Source: Candidatus Wolfebacteria bacterium GW2011_GWA1_44_24 (GTDB lineage Bacteria > Patescibacteriota > Minisyncoccia > UBA6257 > UBA9933). Taken from it: a DNA stretch of 64,000 nucleotides. The stretch is taken from positions 6,426-70,425 of the forward strand of contig LCIO01000001.1 of the NCBI GenBank assembly GCA_001001115.1, in the 5' to 3' direction. The notes beneath the pieces are model-generated. The model saw only the letters and a program-made list of their open reading frames with translations. It was not told where the DNA came from and searched no databases. Every line of letters begins with the position of its first letter. Position 1 is the stretch's first letter. Shown one piece after another: positions 49,391 to 58,577 of this stretch. Made by a program: the position numbers and the translations under genes.

Positions 49391-50023
49391 TTATTTGTAA
49401 TGTTTTTCTATTTCATTGACCGCTTTTTCTTCCAAAATAATATTCTTGTGTCTCAATAAGTCGTAAATATTCAACGAATAAGGGCTTAAGGCATCGGCGT
49501 TTTTAATATTGGCAATCAAACGATTTATTGTCTTATTTTCCGGAAGTGAAATCAGCAGCGCGTTTATTTTTCCGCCGACAATATTTTTCAAAATCTGCGC
49601 CATTATTTTTGTTTTTTGTTTTGTTTTTTCGAAACTTAAATTATCGATTACTTTCAGTTCATTTTCCCGATTTTTTTTCGAAAGGACGCTGAAAATAGCC
49701 AAACGATTCATTTTTTTATTGATTTTTCTGGCGTATATTTTTTCCTTAGTCGGACCAAAAGTCACTCCTCCTCCTTTCCATAAGGGCGAACGGATTGAAC
49801 CGTGCCGGGCCCGGCCGGTGCCTTTTTGACGCCACGGTTTTTTGCCGCCGCCGGCAACTTCTCCCCGCCCCTTGGTGTGAGCAAGCGATTCCCGGCGATT
49901 CGCTAATTGCGCCAAAAGCGCCTGATGAACCAAATCAGAATTCCATTTAACGGCAAAAATCTTTTCGGGCAAATCAATCATTCCCACTTTTTCATTTTTT
50001 TGATTGAAAACATCCGTTGTCAT
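49391..50023 (-). CDS. rplD: 50S ribosomal protein uL4
   Basis: KPWRQKGTGRARHGS.RSP, FGP. Confidence 0.96.
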   Translation of the reverse strand: MTTDVFNQKNEKVGMIDLPEKIFAVKWNSDLVHQALLAQLANRRESLAHTKGRGEVAGGGKKPWRQKGTGRARHGSIRSPLWKGGGVTFGPTKEKIYARKINKKMNRLAIFSVLSKKNRENELKVIDNLSFEKTKQKTKIMAQILKNIVGGKINALLISLPENKTINRLIANIKNADALSPYSLNIYDLLRHKNIILEEKAVNEIEKHYK

Positions 50024-50622
50024 ATCTTTCTGATTTCCAAAATTGTTTCTTTTGTTCCCGGCACAGCGCCCCTAAGCATCAAAATGTTTTTTTCTCTGTC
50101 GATCGTCGCAATTTCCAAATTTTTGACGGTTACCCGTTCGCTTCCCATCCGGCCGGCCATTTTTCTTCCCGGCATAACTCTTTGCGGCGCGGTACTGCCG
50201 ATTGAACCCGGCGCCCTCAAGCGATTTTTCTGGCCGTGCGTTTGAGGTCCGCCAAAAAAACCATGGCGCTTAACCACTCCCTGAAAACCGCGGCCTTTTG
50301 ATAAACCGCTAACCTTAACTTTTTCACCTTCCTGAAATTGATTAATATCCAAAATATCGCCAATTTTTAATTCCGAATTTTTAATTCTGAATTCTTTCAG
50401 GCATTTAAAATTTCCGAGATTTTTCAAATGGCCGGTGAGCGGTTTGTTTATTTTTTTCTTTGATAAATCAAAGCCGATTTGCGCCGCCTCATAACCGTCT
50501 TTCTCTTTTGTTTTAATCTGTGTTACGGTTATCGGGCCGGCTTTAATCATGGTTACCGGAATAACTTTGTCATTTTTCCAAATTTGGCTCATTTTCAATT
50601 TTTTGCCGAGAATAAATTTCAT
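50020..50622 (-). CDS. rplC: 50S ribosomal protein uL3
   Basis: GKK..MSQ, SKGRGFQG, PGSIG, GAVPG. Confidence 0.96.
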   Translation of the reverse strand: MKFILGKKLKMSQIWKNDKVIPVTMIKAGPITVTQIKTKEKDGYEAAQIGFDLSKKKINKPLTGHLKNLGNFKCLKEFRIKNSELKIGDILDINQFQEGEKVKVSGLSKGRGFQGVVKRHGFFGGPQTHGQKNRLRAPGSIGSTAPQRVMPGRKMAGRMGSERVTVKNLEIATIDREKNILMLRGAVPGTKETILEIRKI

Positions 50623-50729
50623 TTTTTTAAATTAAAACAGCCAGATTAGCCGGCTGTTTTTTTAATTGGCTAAATCTCTAAAATTAAACTGTTATCCAAT
50701 AAATATTAACATTATTTATTTGCTCCATA

Positions 50730-50758
50730 AAGATAGCAGATAACAAAATCTATGTCAA
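50730..50758 (-). promoter_or_regulatory. sigma70 promoter for rplC-spc operon
   Basis: TTGACA (50758-50753), 17-nt spacer ending TGc, TATCTT (50735-50730). Confidence 0.7.
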
Positions 50759-50761
50759 CAT

Positions 50762-50790
50762 AAAACGCCCCCGCTTAACGGGGGCGTTTT
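50762..50790 (-). terminator. intrinsic terminator after rpsJ
   Basis: AAAACGCCCCCG-loop-CGGGGGCGTTTT perfect 12-bp stem right after the rpsJ stop. Confidence 0.85.
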
Positions 50791-50791
50791 G

Positions 50792-51121
50792 CTATTTCAT
50801 TTTTATCTCAATGTCCACGCCAGCCGGCAAATTCAAACCGCTTAAAGCTTCAATAATTTTCTGGTTGGGGTTCAGAATGTCAATTAATCTTTTATGGACT
50901 CTGAGTTCAAATTGCTCGCGGCTGGTTTTGTGAACAAAGGTGGAACGATTGACCGTATAGCGCCTGAATTCGGTCGGCAAAGGAATCGGTCCGATAATTT
51001 CGGCGCCGTTTCGAACTGCCGTGTCGATAATCTGTTTGGTTGAATTGTCAATCAAACGATGGTCGTAAGATTTTATTTTCAACCGCAATTTTGATTGTAT
51101 AGCTTCTTCTTTTTTGGCCAT
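50792..51121 (-). CDS. rpsJ: 30S ribosomal protein uS10
   Basis: KSYDH, GPIPLPT, SREQFE, HKRLID. Confidence 0.96.
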   Translation of the reverse strand: MAKKEEAIQSKLRLKIKSYDHRLIDNSTKQIIDTAVRNGAEIIGPIPLPTEFRRYTVNRSTFVHKTSREQFELRVHKRLIDILNPNQKIIEALSGLNLPAGVDIEIKMK

Positions 51122-51150
51122 AACAAAGAACTACTCGAATTGTCTTGAAA

Positions 51151-52350
51151 TTATTTTGTTATTTTAATAACCACTCCGGCGCCAACGGTTTTGCCTCCTT
51201 CACGGATGGCAAATCTTTGTTTTTCTTCAAGCGCCACGGCGGCGATTAATTTAACCGAGATATTGACTGTGTCGCCAGGCATCACCATCTCCATTCCCTC
51301 CGGCAAAATCACTTCGCCGGTGACATCGGTGGTGCGGATATAGAATTGAGGTTTATAGCCCTTAAAGAATGGCGTGTGTCGGCCGCCCTCTTCTTTGGTC
51401 AGAACATAAATCTCGGCTTCGAAATCGGTATGAGGAGTGACGCTACCCGGTTTGGCGATAACTTGCCCCCGTTCAACATCTTCTTTTTTAAGGCCCCTTA
51501 AAAGAATGCCGACGTTGTCTCCCGCTCTTCCTTCGTCGAGAAGCTTATTGAACATTTCAATGCCGGTTACCACTGTTTTTTGAGTGGGCTTTAAACCGAT
51601 GATTTCCACTTCTTCATTGACTTTGACTATGCCTCTTTCCGCGCGGCCGGTTACCACCGTGCCTCGGCCTTCAATCGTGAAGATATCTTCAATTGGCATC
51701 AAAAACGGCTTGTCGATTTCTCTGACGGGTTCCGGAATATAGTCGTCCAAAGCTTTAATGAGGTCCATAATCGGCTTAACGGCTTCGTCATCGGCTGACT
51801 TAGCTTCAAGGGCCTTCAACCCCGAACCGCGGATAATCGGCGTTTCGTCTCCGGGAAAATTATATTTTTTCAAAAGTTCTCTGATTTCGGCTTCCACCAG
51901 ATCAATCAATTCTTTGTCGTCAACTTGGTCGACTTTGTTGAGGAAAACAACAATTGCCGGCACGCCGACCTGACGAGCCAACAAAATATGTTCGCGGGTC
52001 TGGGGCATCGGACCGTCAGCCGCGGAAACCACTAAAATTGCTCCGTCCATCTGGGCGGCTCCGGTAATCATGTTTTTTATGTAGTCCGCGTGTCCCGGCG
52101 CGTCAATATGGGCGTAGTGCCTTTTTTCCGACTGATATTCGGAATGATGAAGTGCGATGGTGATGCCCCGGGCTTTTTCTTCCGGCGCGTTGTCGATATC
52201 ATCAACTGCTTCTTCTTTGTCAATCAGACCCTTTAATTTAAGGACATGAGTGATCGCGGCGGTCAAAGTAGTTTTGCCGTGGTCCACATGACCAATGGTG
52301 CCGACATTCAAGTGCGGCTTTGTTCTTTCGAATTTTGCTTTTTCAGCCAT
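51151..52350 (-). CDS. tuf: elongation factor Tu
   Basis: [23 protein letters not shown]. Confidence 0.98.
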   Translation of the reverse strand: MAEKAKFERTKPHLNVGTIGHVDHGKTTLTAAITHVLKLKGLIDKEEAVDDIDNAPEEKARGITIALHHSEYQSEKRHYAHIDAPGHADYIKNMITGAAQMDGAILVVSAADGPMPQTREHILLARQVGVPAIVVFLNKVDQVDDKELIDLVEAEIRELLKKYNFPGDETPIIRGSGLKALEAKSADDEAVKPIMDLIKALDDYIPEPVREIDKPFLMPIEDIFTIEGRGTVVTGRAERGIVKVNEEVEIIGLKPTQKTVVTGIEMFNKLLDEGRAGDNVGILLRGLKKEDVERGQVIAKPGSVTPHTDFEAEIYVLTKEEGGRHTPFFKGYKPQFYIRTTDVTGEVILPEGMEMVMPGDTVNISVKLIAAVALEEKQRFAIREGGKTVGAGVVIKITK

Positions 52351-52420
52351 AATAAAAAATTATTTTTTGCGACTTTTTAAGTTTATATTAGCGTCCCAAT
52401 GATTGTCAAGGGGAAAAGTA

Positions 52421-52771
52421 TCAGACAAATTCGATTGCTGCCATTTTCGCTCCGTCATTTTTCCTCGCTTTCATCCCTTTGATAATTCTCAAATATCCTC
52501 CTTTTCGTTCTGTATAGCGTGGAGCGATTTGAAAGTATAATTTTTCCGCCGATGGTTTTGACAAACGGGAAAAAAGAATCCGCATGGCTGGCAAATTTTG
52601 TTTTTTAGCCAGTGTAACCATTTTTTCGGCGATTGATTTTATTTCTTTGGCTTTCGCTTCCGTGGTTTCCATTTTCTCCCGAAGAATCAAATTATTAAGA
52701 AGTCCTTTTATCAAAGCTTTTCGCTGGCCCCTTTTTCTGTGAAATTTTCTGCCTTTTTTAAGGTGTCTCAT
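52421..52771 (-). CDS. rplQ: 50S ribosomal protein bL17
   Basis: MRHLK, ETT.AKAKE, GGYLRI. Confidence 0.95.
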   Translation of the reverse strand: MRHLKKGRKFHRKRGQRKALIKGLLNNLILREKMETTEAKAKEIKSIAEKMVTLAKKQNLPAMRILFSRLSKPSAEKLYFQIAPRYTERKGGYLRIIKGMKARKNDGAKMAAIEFV

Positions 52772-53529
52772 TTGAGTTTCTTTGTCTTTCTTGTTTTTTT
52801 TGCCGGTTTTAATTTTACCGGCGCTTCCGTTTCTTTTACTTCAATTGCCGAAATTTTTTCCAAGTGGTCTTTCAAAACATTGGCGGCTTTATGAATAGCG
52901 CTTGAAGGCGTAATGCTGCCGTCGGTTTTAATGGTCAGCCGGAGCCGATTGTAGTCGGTGCGTTCTCCTACACGCATATTCTCCACTTTGAAATTAACGA
53001 TTCTTAACGGCGTAAAAAAAGCGTCAATGGCGATTGTTCCTATTGGAAACTTTTCGGTTTTTCTGGCTTCCACCGGCACATAACCAAGACCTTTTTCAAC
53101 CGTCAAATCCATTTCGACTTCAGTGTTTTTGGAAGTGATTGTAAAAATCGGTTGGTCGGAATTGATAACTTCCACTAAAGAATTGGCTTCAATCTCGGCG
53201 GCTGTTATTTTCTTTTCCCCTTTCACTTTTAAGCTCAAAACCTGAGGTTCATCGGCATAAAATCTAAATCTGATTTTTTTAAGATTCAAAATTATTTCCA
53301 CAACATCTTCTTTGACGCCGGGAATAGTGGAAAATTCGTGCTTAACCCCCCTTATTTTCACTTGGGTAATCGCCGCTCCAGGCAATGACGATAACAACGC
53401 TCGGCGCAAAGCGTTCCCCAGAGTCAAGCCATAACCGACATACAGCCCCTCAATCTCAAAAACGCCGTCGGTTTCGGTTTCGGAAATTGTTTTGATTTTT
53501 ACGGTTTCGGATAAATGAGTATATTTCAT
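52768..53529 (-). CDS. rpoA: RNA polymerase alpha subunit (N-terminal domain only)
   Basis: GYGLTLGNALRR, HEFSTIPGV.ED, G.GYVP, RVGERTDY; ends in a Lys-rich tail at 253 aa. Confidence 0.95.
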   Translation of the reverse strand: MKYTHLSETVKIKTISETETDGVFEIEGLYVGYGLTLGNALRRALLSSLPGAAITQVKIRGVKHEFSTIPGVKEDVVEIILNLKKIRFRFYADEPQVLSLKVKGEKKITAAEIEANSLVEVINSDQPIFTITSKNTEVEMDLTVEKGLGYVPVEARKTEKFPIGTIAIDAFFTPLRIVNFKVENMRVGERTDYNRLRLTIKTDGSITPSSAIHKAANVLKDHLEKISAIEVKETEAPVKLKPAKKTRKTKKLK

Positions 53530-53532
53530 AAT

Positions 53533-54150
53533 TTATCTTGAGTAATAATCAACGACCAAATTTATATCAAAAGGCATTTCAATATCGAAGGGCAAATTTT
53601 TTATTTTCCCTTCAATTTTGTCTTTATCTGTTTCTAGCCATTGGGGCGGTTCATATTTTTTAATAGTATTCGACAATTCTTTAAAAATCAAGATGTTTTT
53701 TGAAGAAGGATTTAGAGAAACAACATCTCCGATTTTCAAAAGCGCCGAAGGCGTCCTGACTTTTTTTCCGTTAACAAAAATATGTCCGTGGCTTGCCAAT
53801 TGGCGGGCCGTAATCCGGTTGGGCGCGAATCCAAGCCTGAAAATTACATTATCGAGCCGAGTTTCCAAAATATTTATTACGGCTGAAACGGCCGAAGCCG
53901 CTTTAGCGGCATTCTTGAAAATCGTCCTCATTTGAGATTCATTGACGCCATAACTGATTTTTATTTTCTGTTTTTCCATCAGCTGTTGGCCGTATTCGGA
54001 AAGCGTCTTTCGTCTTCTTGATTTTCCATGCATTCCGGGCCTGTACGGTTTCCGTATCATCGCGCATTTTGGACCGCTGCAACGTTCCCCTTTCAGAAAG
54101 AGTTTTACTCCCAAGGCGCGCTCTTTTTTTTCTTTGGCTTTAATTAACAT
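53533..54150 (-). CDS. rpsD: 30S ribosomal protein uS4
   Basis: PGMHG, SEYG.QL.EKQK, LETRLDN, ARQL.SHGH, YYSR. Confidence 0.96.
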   Translation of the reverse strand: MLIKAKEKKERALGVKLFLKGERCSGPKCAMIRKPYRPGMHGKSRRRKTLSEYGQQLMEKQKIKISYGVNESQMRTIFKNAAKAASAVSAVINILETRLDNVIFRLGFAPNRITARQLASHGHIFVNGKKVRTPSALLKIGDVVSLNPSSKNILIFKELSNTIKKYEPPQWLETDKDKIEGKIKNLPFDIEMPFDINLVVDYYSR

Positions 54151-54156
54151 GTAATT

Positions 54157-54621
54157 TTACACTCTTCTGCTTTTTGGCGGTTTCGGACCGTTATGAGGAA
54201 TCGGCGTAACGTCTTTAATTGAAAGGATATTGAATCCCTGGTTGGCTAAAGATTTAATGGCCATATCTCTGCCGCCGCCTACTCCTTTGACGATTATATC
54301 AATATTTTGAAAGTTTATTTTTTTTAATTTTTCGCTGATGGCGGCAACCATTTTGGAAGCCGCGAATGGCGTCGCTTTTTTCGGCCCGGAAAATCCCAAA
54401 GAGCCGGCAGAAATCCAAGCTAAAACATTTCCGCTTCTGTCGGTTGCCGTCAACATCGTATTATTGTAAGTGACGCTGATGTAAATCTTACCGATGTCTA
54501 TTTTTTTCCCCCCCGTTTTAATTCCAGGAGCGGTTGATTTTTTGGCGATAGTTTCTTCCAATTTCGCCCCCTCTTTCAAAAAATCTTCTTCAGTTTTTTG
54601 AATAACTTTTTTTTGTCCCAT
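54157..54621 (-). CDS. rpsK: 30S ribosomal protein uS11 (N-terminal extension)
   Basis: YNNT, KKATPFAA, DVTPIPHNG. Confidence 0.95.
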   Translation of the reverse strand: MGQKKVIQKTEEDFLKEGAKLEETIAKKSTAPGIKTGGKKIDIGKIYISVTYNNTMLTATDRSGNVLAWISAGSLGFSGPKKATPFAASKMVAAISEKLKKINFQNIDIIVKGVGGGRDMAIKSLANQGFNILSIKDVTPIPHNGPKPPKSRRV

Positions 54622-54651
54622 AAAATTAGTTTATTAGTTTATAAAGTTATT

Positions 54652-55035
54652 TTACTTCAATTCTGTTTTTCTTCTTCCGCTACCGACTGTTTTTCTGACA
54701 TTGCCGCGCACGGTGCGAGAATTGGTTTTTGTCCGCTGTCCTCTCGCCGGCAATTTCCTCTCGTGCCGCAAACCCCTGTAACAATGAATTTCTTTAAGCC
54801 GCTTAATGTTGCTTCTGATAATTTGGCGTAATTCACCTTCAATTTTTTGTCTTTTTTCGATAAATTCCTTTATTTTATTTATTTCTCCCGGAGATAAATC
54901 TTTCGCTTTTTTGTTTTCATCAATTCCGGTTGATTCCAATATTTGAACCGCCGAAGCTCGGCCAATGCCGTAAATATAAGTAAGCGCTATTTCAATGCGC
55001 TTGTTATCGGGAATATTTATTCCGACTAATCTCAT
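54652..55035 (-). CDS. rpsM: 30S ribosomal protein uS13
   Basis: ALTYIYGIG, YRGLRH, RGQRTKTN. Confidence 0.96.
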   Translation of the reverse strand: MRLVGINIPDNKRIEIALTYIYGIGRASAVQILESTGIDENKKAKDLSPGEINKIKEFIEKRQKIEGELRQIIRSNIKRLKEIHCYRGLRHERKLPARGQRTKTNSRTVRGNVRKTVGSGRRKTELK

Positions 55036-55037
55036 AA

Positions 55038-55154
55038 TTATCCTTGTCTTTGTTTATGCTTCGGATTTTTTTTACAAATCACATAAATCCGGCGTTCGCG
55101 CCGGATGATTTTACAATTTTGGCAAATCTTTTTAACCGATGAACGAACTTTCAT
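55038..55154 (-). CDS. rpmJ: 50S ribosomal protein bL36 (not in ORF track)
   Basis: [43 protein letters not shown] overlap with infA. Confidence 0.95.
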   Translation of the reverse strand: MKVRSSVKKICQNCKIIRRERRIYVICKKNPKHKQRQG

Positions 55155-55369
55155 TATAATCTTCTTGTTATTCTTCCCCTTTTGCCGTCAGGAGACAATT
55201 CTATCAGGACTTTGTCTCCGGGTAACACCTTTATATGATGCAATCTCATTTTACCGGACAAATATGCCAGAATTTCCGTTTCATTACCGATTAATTTCAC
55301 CCTGAATGTCAAAGACGGCAAAGATTCCAAAACAATCCCCTCAACCGATTTTATTTTATTTTCCGGCAT
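55154..55369 (-). CDS. infA: translation initiation factor IF-1
   Basis: [24 protein letters not shown]. Confidence 0.95.
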   Translation of the reverse strand: MPENKIKSVEGIVLESLPSLTFRVKLIGNETEILAYLSGKMRLHHIKVLPGDKVLIELSPDGKRGRITRRL

Positions 55370-55378
55370 TAAGTGAAA

Positions 55379-55407
55379 ATTCTAATATATCAAAAAAACA
55401 ATGTCAA
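55379..55407 (-). promoter_or_regulatory. sigma70 promoter for infA-alpha operon
   Basis: TTGACA (55407-55402), 17 nt, TAGAAT (55384-55379); 9 nt to the infA ATG. Confidence 0.75.
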
Positions 55408-55413
55408 CCCCGC

Positions 55414-56781
55414 TTATTCTATTATCGTTTTTATCTTCCCCACATCGTTCGGCACGCTTTTCACCCAAAACGGCCAGAAAGAAATTGTGGCTTTTTCGAT
55501 ATTTTGCAAAGAAAAAACGGCGATTTTCAACTCGCTTTCTTTTTTCTTCAAAATGGAATTTTTAAACGCTTTGGCATCAATCGGCTGCCAGAACGTTCCT
55601 TTGTAATTAACCGTAAAAGACATTTTCCCGTTTGGAAAATCCGGCCGGCCGACGCCGTAATCAATTTTATATTCTTTAGCTTCAAAATCTTGGCCCAAGG
55701 ATTGTTTGGCTAAACCGCTTATCAGTTTCAGCGCGTCGTTTTCTTTAAAAACGAATATTTTTAATTCTCCTTCCAGAGAAGCGAAAAAGTTTCCGTCTTT
55801 ATCGACGTCTTGACCGATATTTTCTTTGAGAAAATTAAATTCCTGGCTTCCTTCTATCGCCTTAAAATCTCCGGAAAGCTGCGAAAGGATAAAAATATTA
55901 AGATTTTCACGCAAAGCGATTTTAATTTTTTCTCTGGCATTTTTGATGTCATTATCGGTCGGATACGCCATTTCTCCGACAAATCCTCCTTTCATTGAAG
56001 CGCCGGATTTAGCATAAAAGCCGCTGTATTTCGGCGTGCCTTTAAAACCGGGAATAATAAAACGTTCGACGGAACCGATGTTATATTCTTCGCCGGCTTT
56101 TTCAGCGACAACATTCGCTTTGATGCTCGAAGGAATAATTTTTGCTTCTTCTATAATTGCGCCGGGAACAATTATTTTTCCGCTGAGCAAGAAAATTTTT
56201 CCGTCCGGCGCTTCGAATCTCGTGTCTTTTACAAGAGTCTGGGGCTGAGAACTGTAGGCATTATAAATAATTATTTCGCCGCCGGCTTTCTTTTCCACTT
56301 GTTTTTTGCCGGTGGCGACAAAAGCCATAGTTAAATTTCTCTTTTCCGAAAGAATCTCCGCCGGAATCTGTTTCAAAAGCAAATCAATGTCCGAAATGTT
56401 TTTTGAAACCGCCAGCCAATCATTGAAATTCCAGGAAGATTTTTTGGCAATAATTTTTATATCCACTCGCGGCAAAATTTCAAGCGCGGTATAGACAACG
56501 CCGCCGAGAACCGCCGAAAATAAAACAATAATTATGTATTTTCTTAATTTTGAGCCGCTCTTTTTTTCAGCCCGAGATTCTTCTCCTAAAAAATTTTCTT
56601 TGATTTTCGCGGCTACCGCCGGCATTTCCCCGGTCCAGTCTTCCGGCACTTGCTGCTCTATCGCCGCTTCTTTTATTTCTTTTCTGATCTCTTGCTTTTC
56701 GGATTTTACTTCCAATTTTTCTTCCTTCTCTTCTGGCGCCACAATATCAATTACTTTTATTTTTTTCGATTGCTTGTCCAT
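55414..56781 (-). CDS. membrane-anchored protein with baseplate J/gp47-like beta region
   Basis: Single TM helix; KAGGEIIIYN, TRF...GKIF, V.AEKAGEEYNIG, GG..G pattern. Confidence 0.6.
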   Translation of the reverse strand: MDKQSKKIKVIDIVAPEEKEEKLEVKSEKQEIRKEIKEAAIEQQVPEDWTGEMPAVAAKIKENFLGEESRAEKKSGSKLRKYIIIVLFSAVLGGVVYTALEILPRVDIKIIAKKSSWNFNDWLAVSKNISDIDLLLKQIPAEILSEKRNLTMAFVATGKKQVEKKAGGEIIIYNAYSSQPQTLVKDTRFEAPDGKIFLLSGKIIVPGAIIEEAKIIPSSIKANVVAEKAGEEYNIGSVERFIIPGFKGTPKYSGFYAKSGASMKGGFVGEMAYPTDNDIKNAREKIKIALRENLNIFILSQLSGDFKAIEGSQEFNFLKENIGQDVDKDGNFFASLEGELKIFVFKENDALKLISGLAKQSLGQDFEAKEYKIDYGVGRPDFPNGKMSFTVNYKGTFWQPIDAKAFKNSILKKKESELKIAVFSLQNIEKATISFWPFWVKSVPNDVGKIKTIIE

Positions 56782-56809
56782 AGATAAAAATTATTTTATA
56801 TATAATCGA

Positions 56810-58576
56810 TTAACTAATCAATGTTGCTTTGATTCTTCTTGTTCCGGCGCTGACCGATTCTTCTTTTGTTATTTTAAATTTTCCTATCTCCGAAGTCGAA
56901 TTTACGTGCGGTCCGCCGCAAAATTCCGCGCTAATAAATCCTATAAAATAAACTTTGACGACTTCCGGATATTGGGTCTTGAAAAAACGCAAAGCGCCGG
57001 TTTTTTCCGCTTCGCTTTTCGGCATTTCTTTAAAATAAACGGGGAGGTTTTCCTGAATTTTTTGGTTGACCGACTCTTCCGTTTTCTTAATTTCTTCGGT
57101 TGTCATTTTGCGGCCAAAAGAAAAATCAAAACGCAATCGTTCGGCGTTAATGTCCGAACCCGTTTGTCCGACTTCGTTTCCCAAAACCTCCCGCAAAGCC
57201 CATTGCAATAAATGAGTGGCTGTATGGAGCCGGATAACTTTTTTCATTTCTTCTTCATCGACTGCTTTCAACTCTCCCGTGTCTAAAATCAAACCATGAC
57301 CGCCGAATTTTTTGGTTATTCCGGCTCGGGAAATTTCTTGATGTTTTTGAGATTCTTTGTCAAAATCCTTTCTCCCAAGATTTTTAACCGCTTCTTTCGG
57401 CCCCAATTCCAAAATCAATTCAAACGGCAAACCGAAAGTTTCATAAAGATAAAAAGCGGTTTTGCCATCAATTTCCGGATATTTCCCTATTTCTTTGACG
57501 CCGCGGCTTACCGCTTCTTCAAACTTCAAACGCTCTTCCTCTAAAACCGACAAAATTTCTTTTATTTTTTTAATTTCCGGATAAATTTCGCCGAATTTAT
57601 CATTTATGATTTCCAATGTCTCGGGAAATAAATCCGCGTGGATATCATATTTAACGGAATACGCCAAAATCCGGCGAAGCAATCGGCGCAAAATATAGCC
57701 GGTTTCTTTATTTGACGGCCGAACGCCGTCGCTGATTAAAAATATTGAAGAACGCAGATGGTCCGCGAGAATCCTGATTATTTTCTGTTCCAAACCAGGC
57801 GCTAATTCATTAATTTTCGCGATTAAAGGCATAAAAATATCTGTTTCAAAAACATCGTCTTTCCCCTGCAAAACCGACGCCAATCTTTCAAACCCCATGC
57901 CGGTATCAACGCCAAGATTGCCGGTTTTTTTAAAAACGCCGTTTTTTTCTTTGTAATATTCATTGAAAACCAGATTCCAGATTTCCACGCCGTCAACGTA
58001 AATTTCGCTCGACGGACCGCAAGGACCTTCGTCGCCGGTCGGCCCCCAAAAATTATCCGCTCTTTCTCCCAAAATAATTTTATCTTTCGGCAAACCGATT
58101 TCGTCATGCCAAATTTTATAAGACTCTTCATCAAAAGGAATTTCATTGTCGCCTTTAAAAACGGAAATTGCGATTCTTTCGAAGTTGATTCCCAAAACAT
58201 CGGCGACAAATTCATAGGCCCAAAAAATCGCCGAGCGTTTAAAATAACCGGCTGCCGATAAATCTTCGGGATTGTCCGAACCAGCCGGTCCGAAAGAAAA
58301 ATTCCCCAGCATCTCAAAAAATGTCAGATGCGTCCTGTCGCCGACTTCTTCAATATCGGTGGTGCGGAAACACTTTTGAATCGATGCTGTCCGCTGAGAG
58401 CCAAACTCCCGCAAAGCGTTGAGTTCCCCGGTATAATATTTTTTGAATTGCTGCATTCCGGCAGTCGTCAAAAGAACCGAAACGTCGTCGGGAATTAAAG
58501 AAGAAGAAGGGATAATTTTATGTCCTTTTTTCTTAAAAAAATCCAAAAAGGACTGACGGATTTCTTCCGATAACAT
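56810..58576 (-). CDS. alaS: alanine--tRNA ligase (short form lacking C-Ala domain)
   Basis: TTAGMQQFK, HLTFFEMLGNFS, DTGMG, ADH, HTATH and CGGPH editing motifs. Confidence 0.95.
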   Translation of the reverse strand: MLSEEIRQSFLDFFKKKGHKIIPSSSLIPDDVSVLLTTAGMQQFKKYYTGELNALREFGSQRTASIQKCFRTTDIEEVGDRTHLTFFEMLGNFSFGPAGSDNPEDLSAAGYFKRSAIFWAYEFVADVLGINFERIAISVFKGDNEIPFDEESYKIWHDEIGLPKDKIILGERADNFWGPTGDEGPCGPSSEIYVDGVEIWNLVFNEYYKEKNGVFKKTGNLGVDTGMGFERLASVLQGKDDVFETDIFMPLIAKINELAPGLEQKIIRILADHLRSSIFLISDGVRPSNKETGYILRRLLRRILAYSVKYDIHADLFPETLEIINDKFGEIYPEIKKIKEILSVLEEERLKFEEAVSRGVKEIGKYPEIDGKTAFYLYETFGLPFELILELGPKEAVKNLGRKDFDKESQKHQEISRAGITKKFGGHGLILDTGELKAVDEEEMKKVIRLHTATHLLQWALREVLGNEVGQTGSDINAERLRFDFSFGRKMTTEEIKKTEESVNQKIQENLPVYFKEMPKSEAEKTGALRFFKTQYPEVVKVYFIGFISAEFCGGPHVNSTSEIGKFKITKEESVSAGTRRIKATLIS

Positions 58577-58577
58577 T

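Noticed and set aside
56534..57211. 225-aa plus-strand ORF and similar long antisense ORFs
   Set aside because: They overlap well-supported minus-strand genes and have shadow-like Phe/Ser-rich composition.
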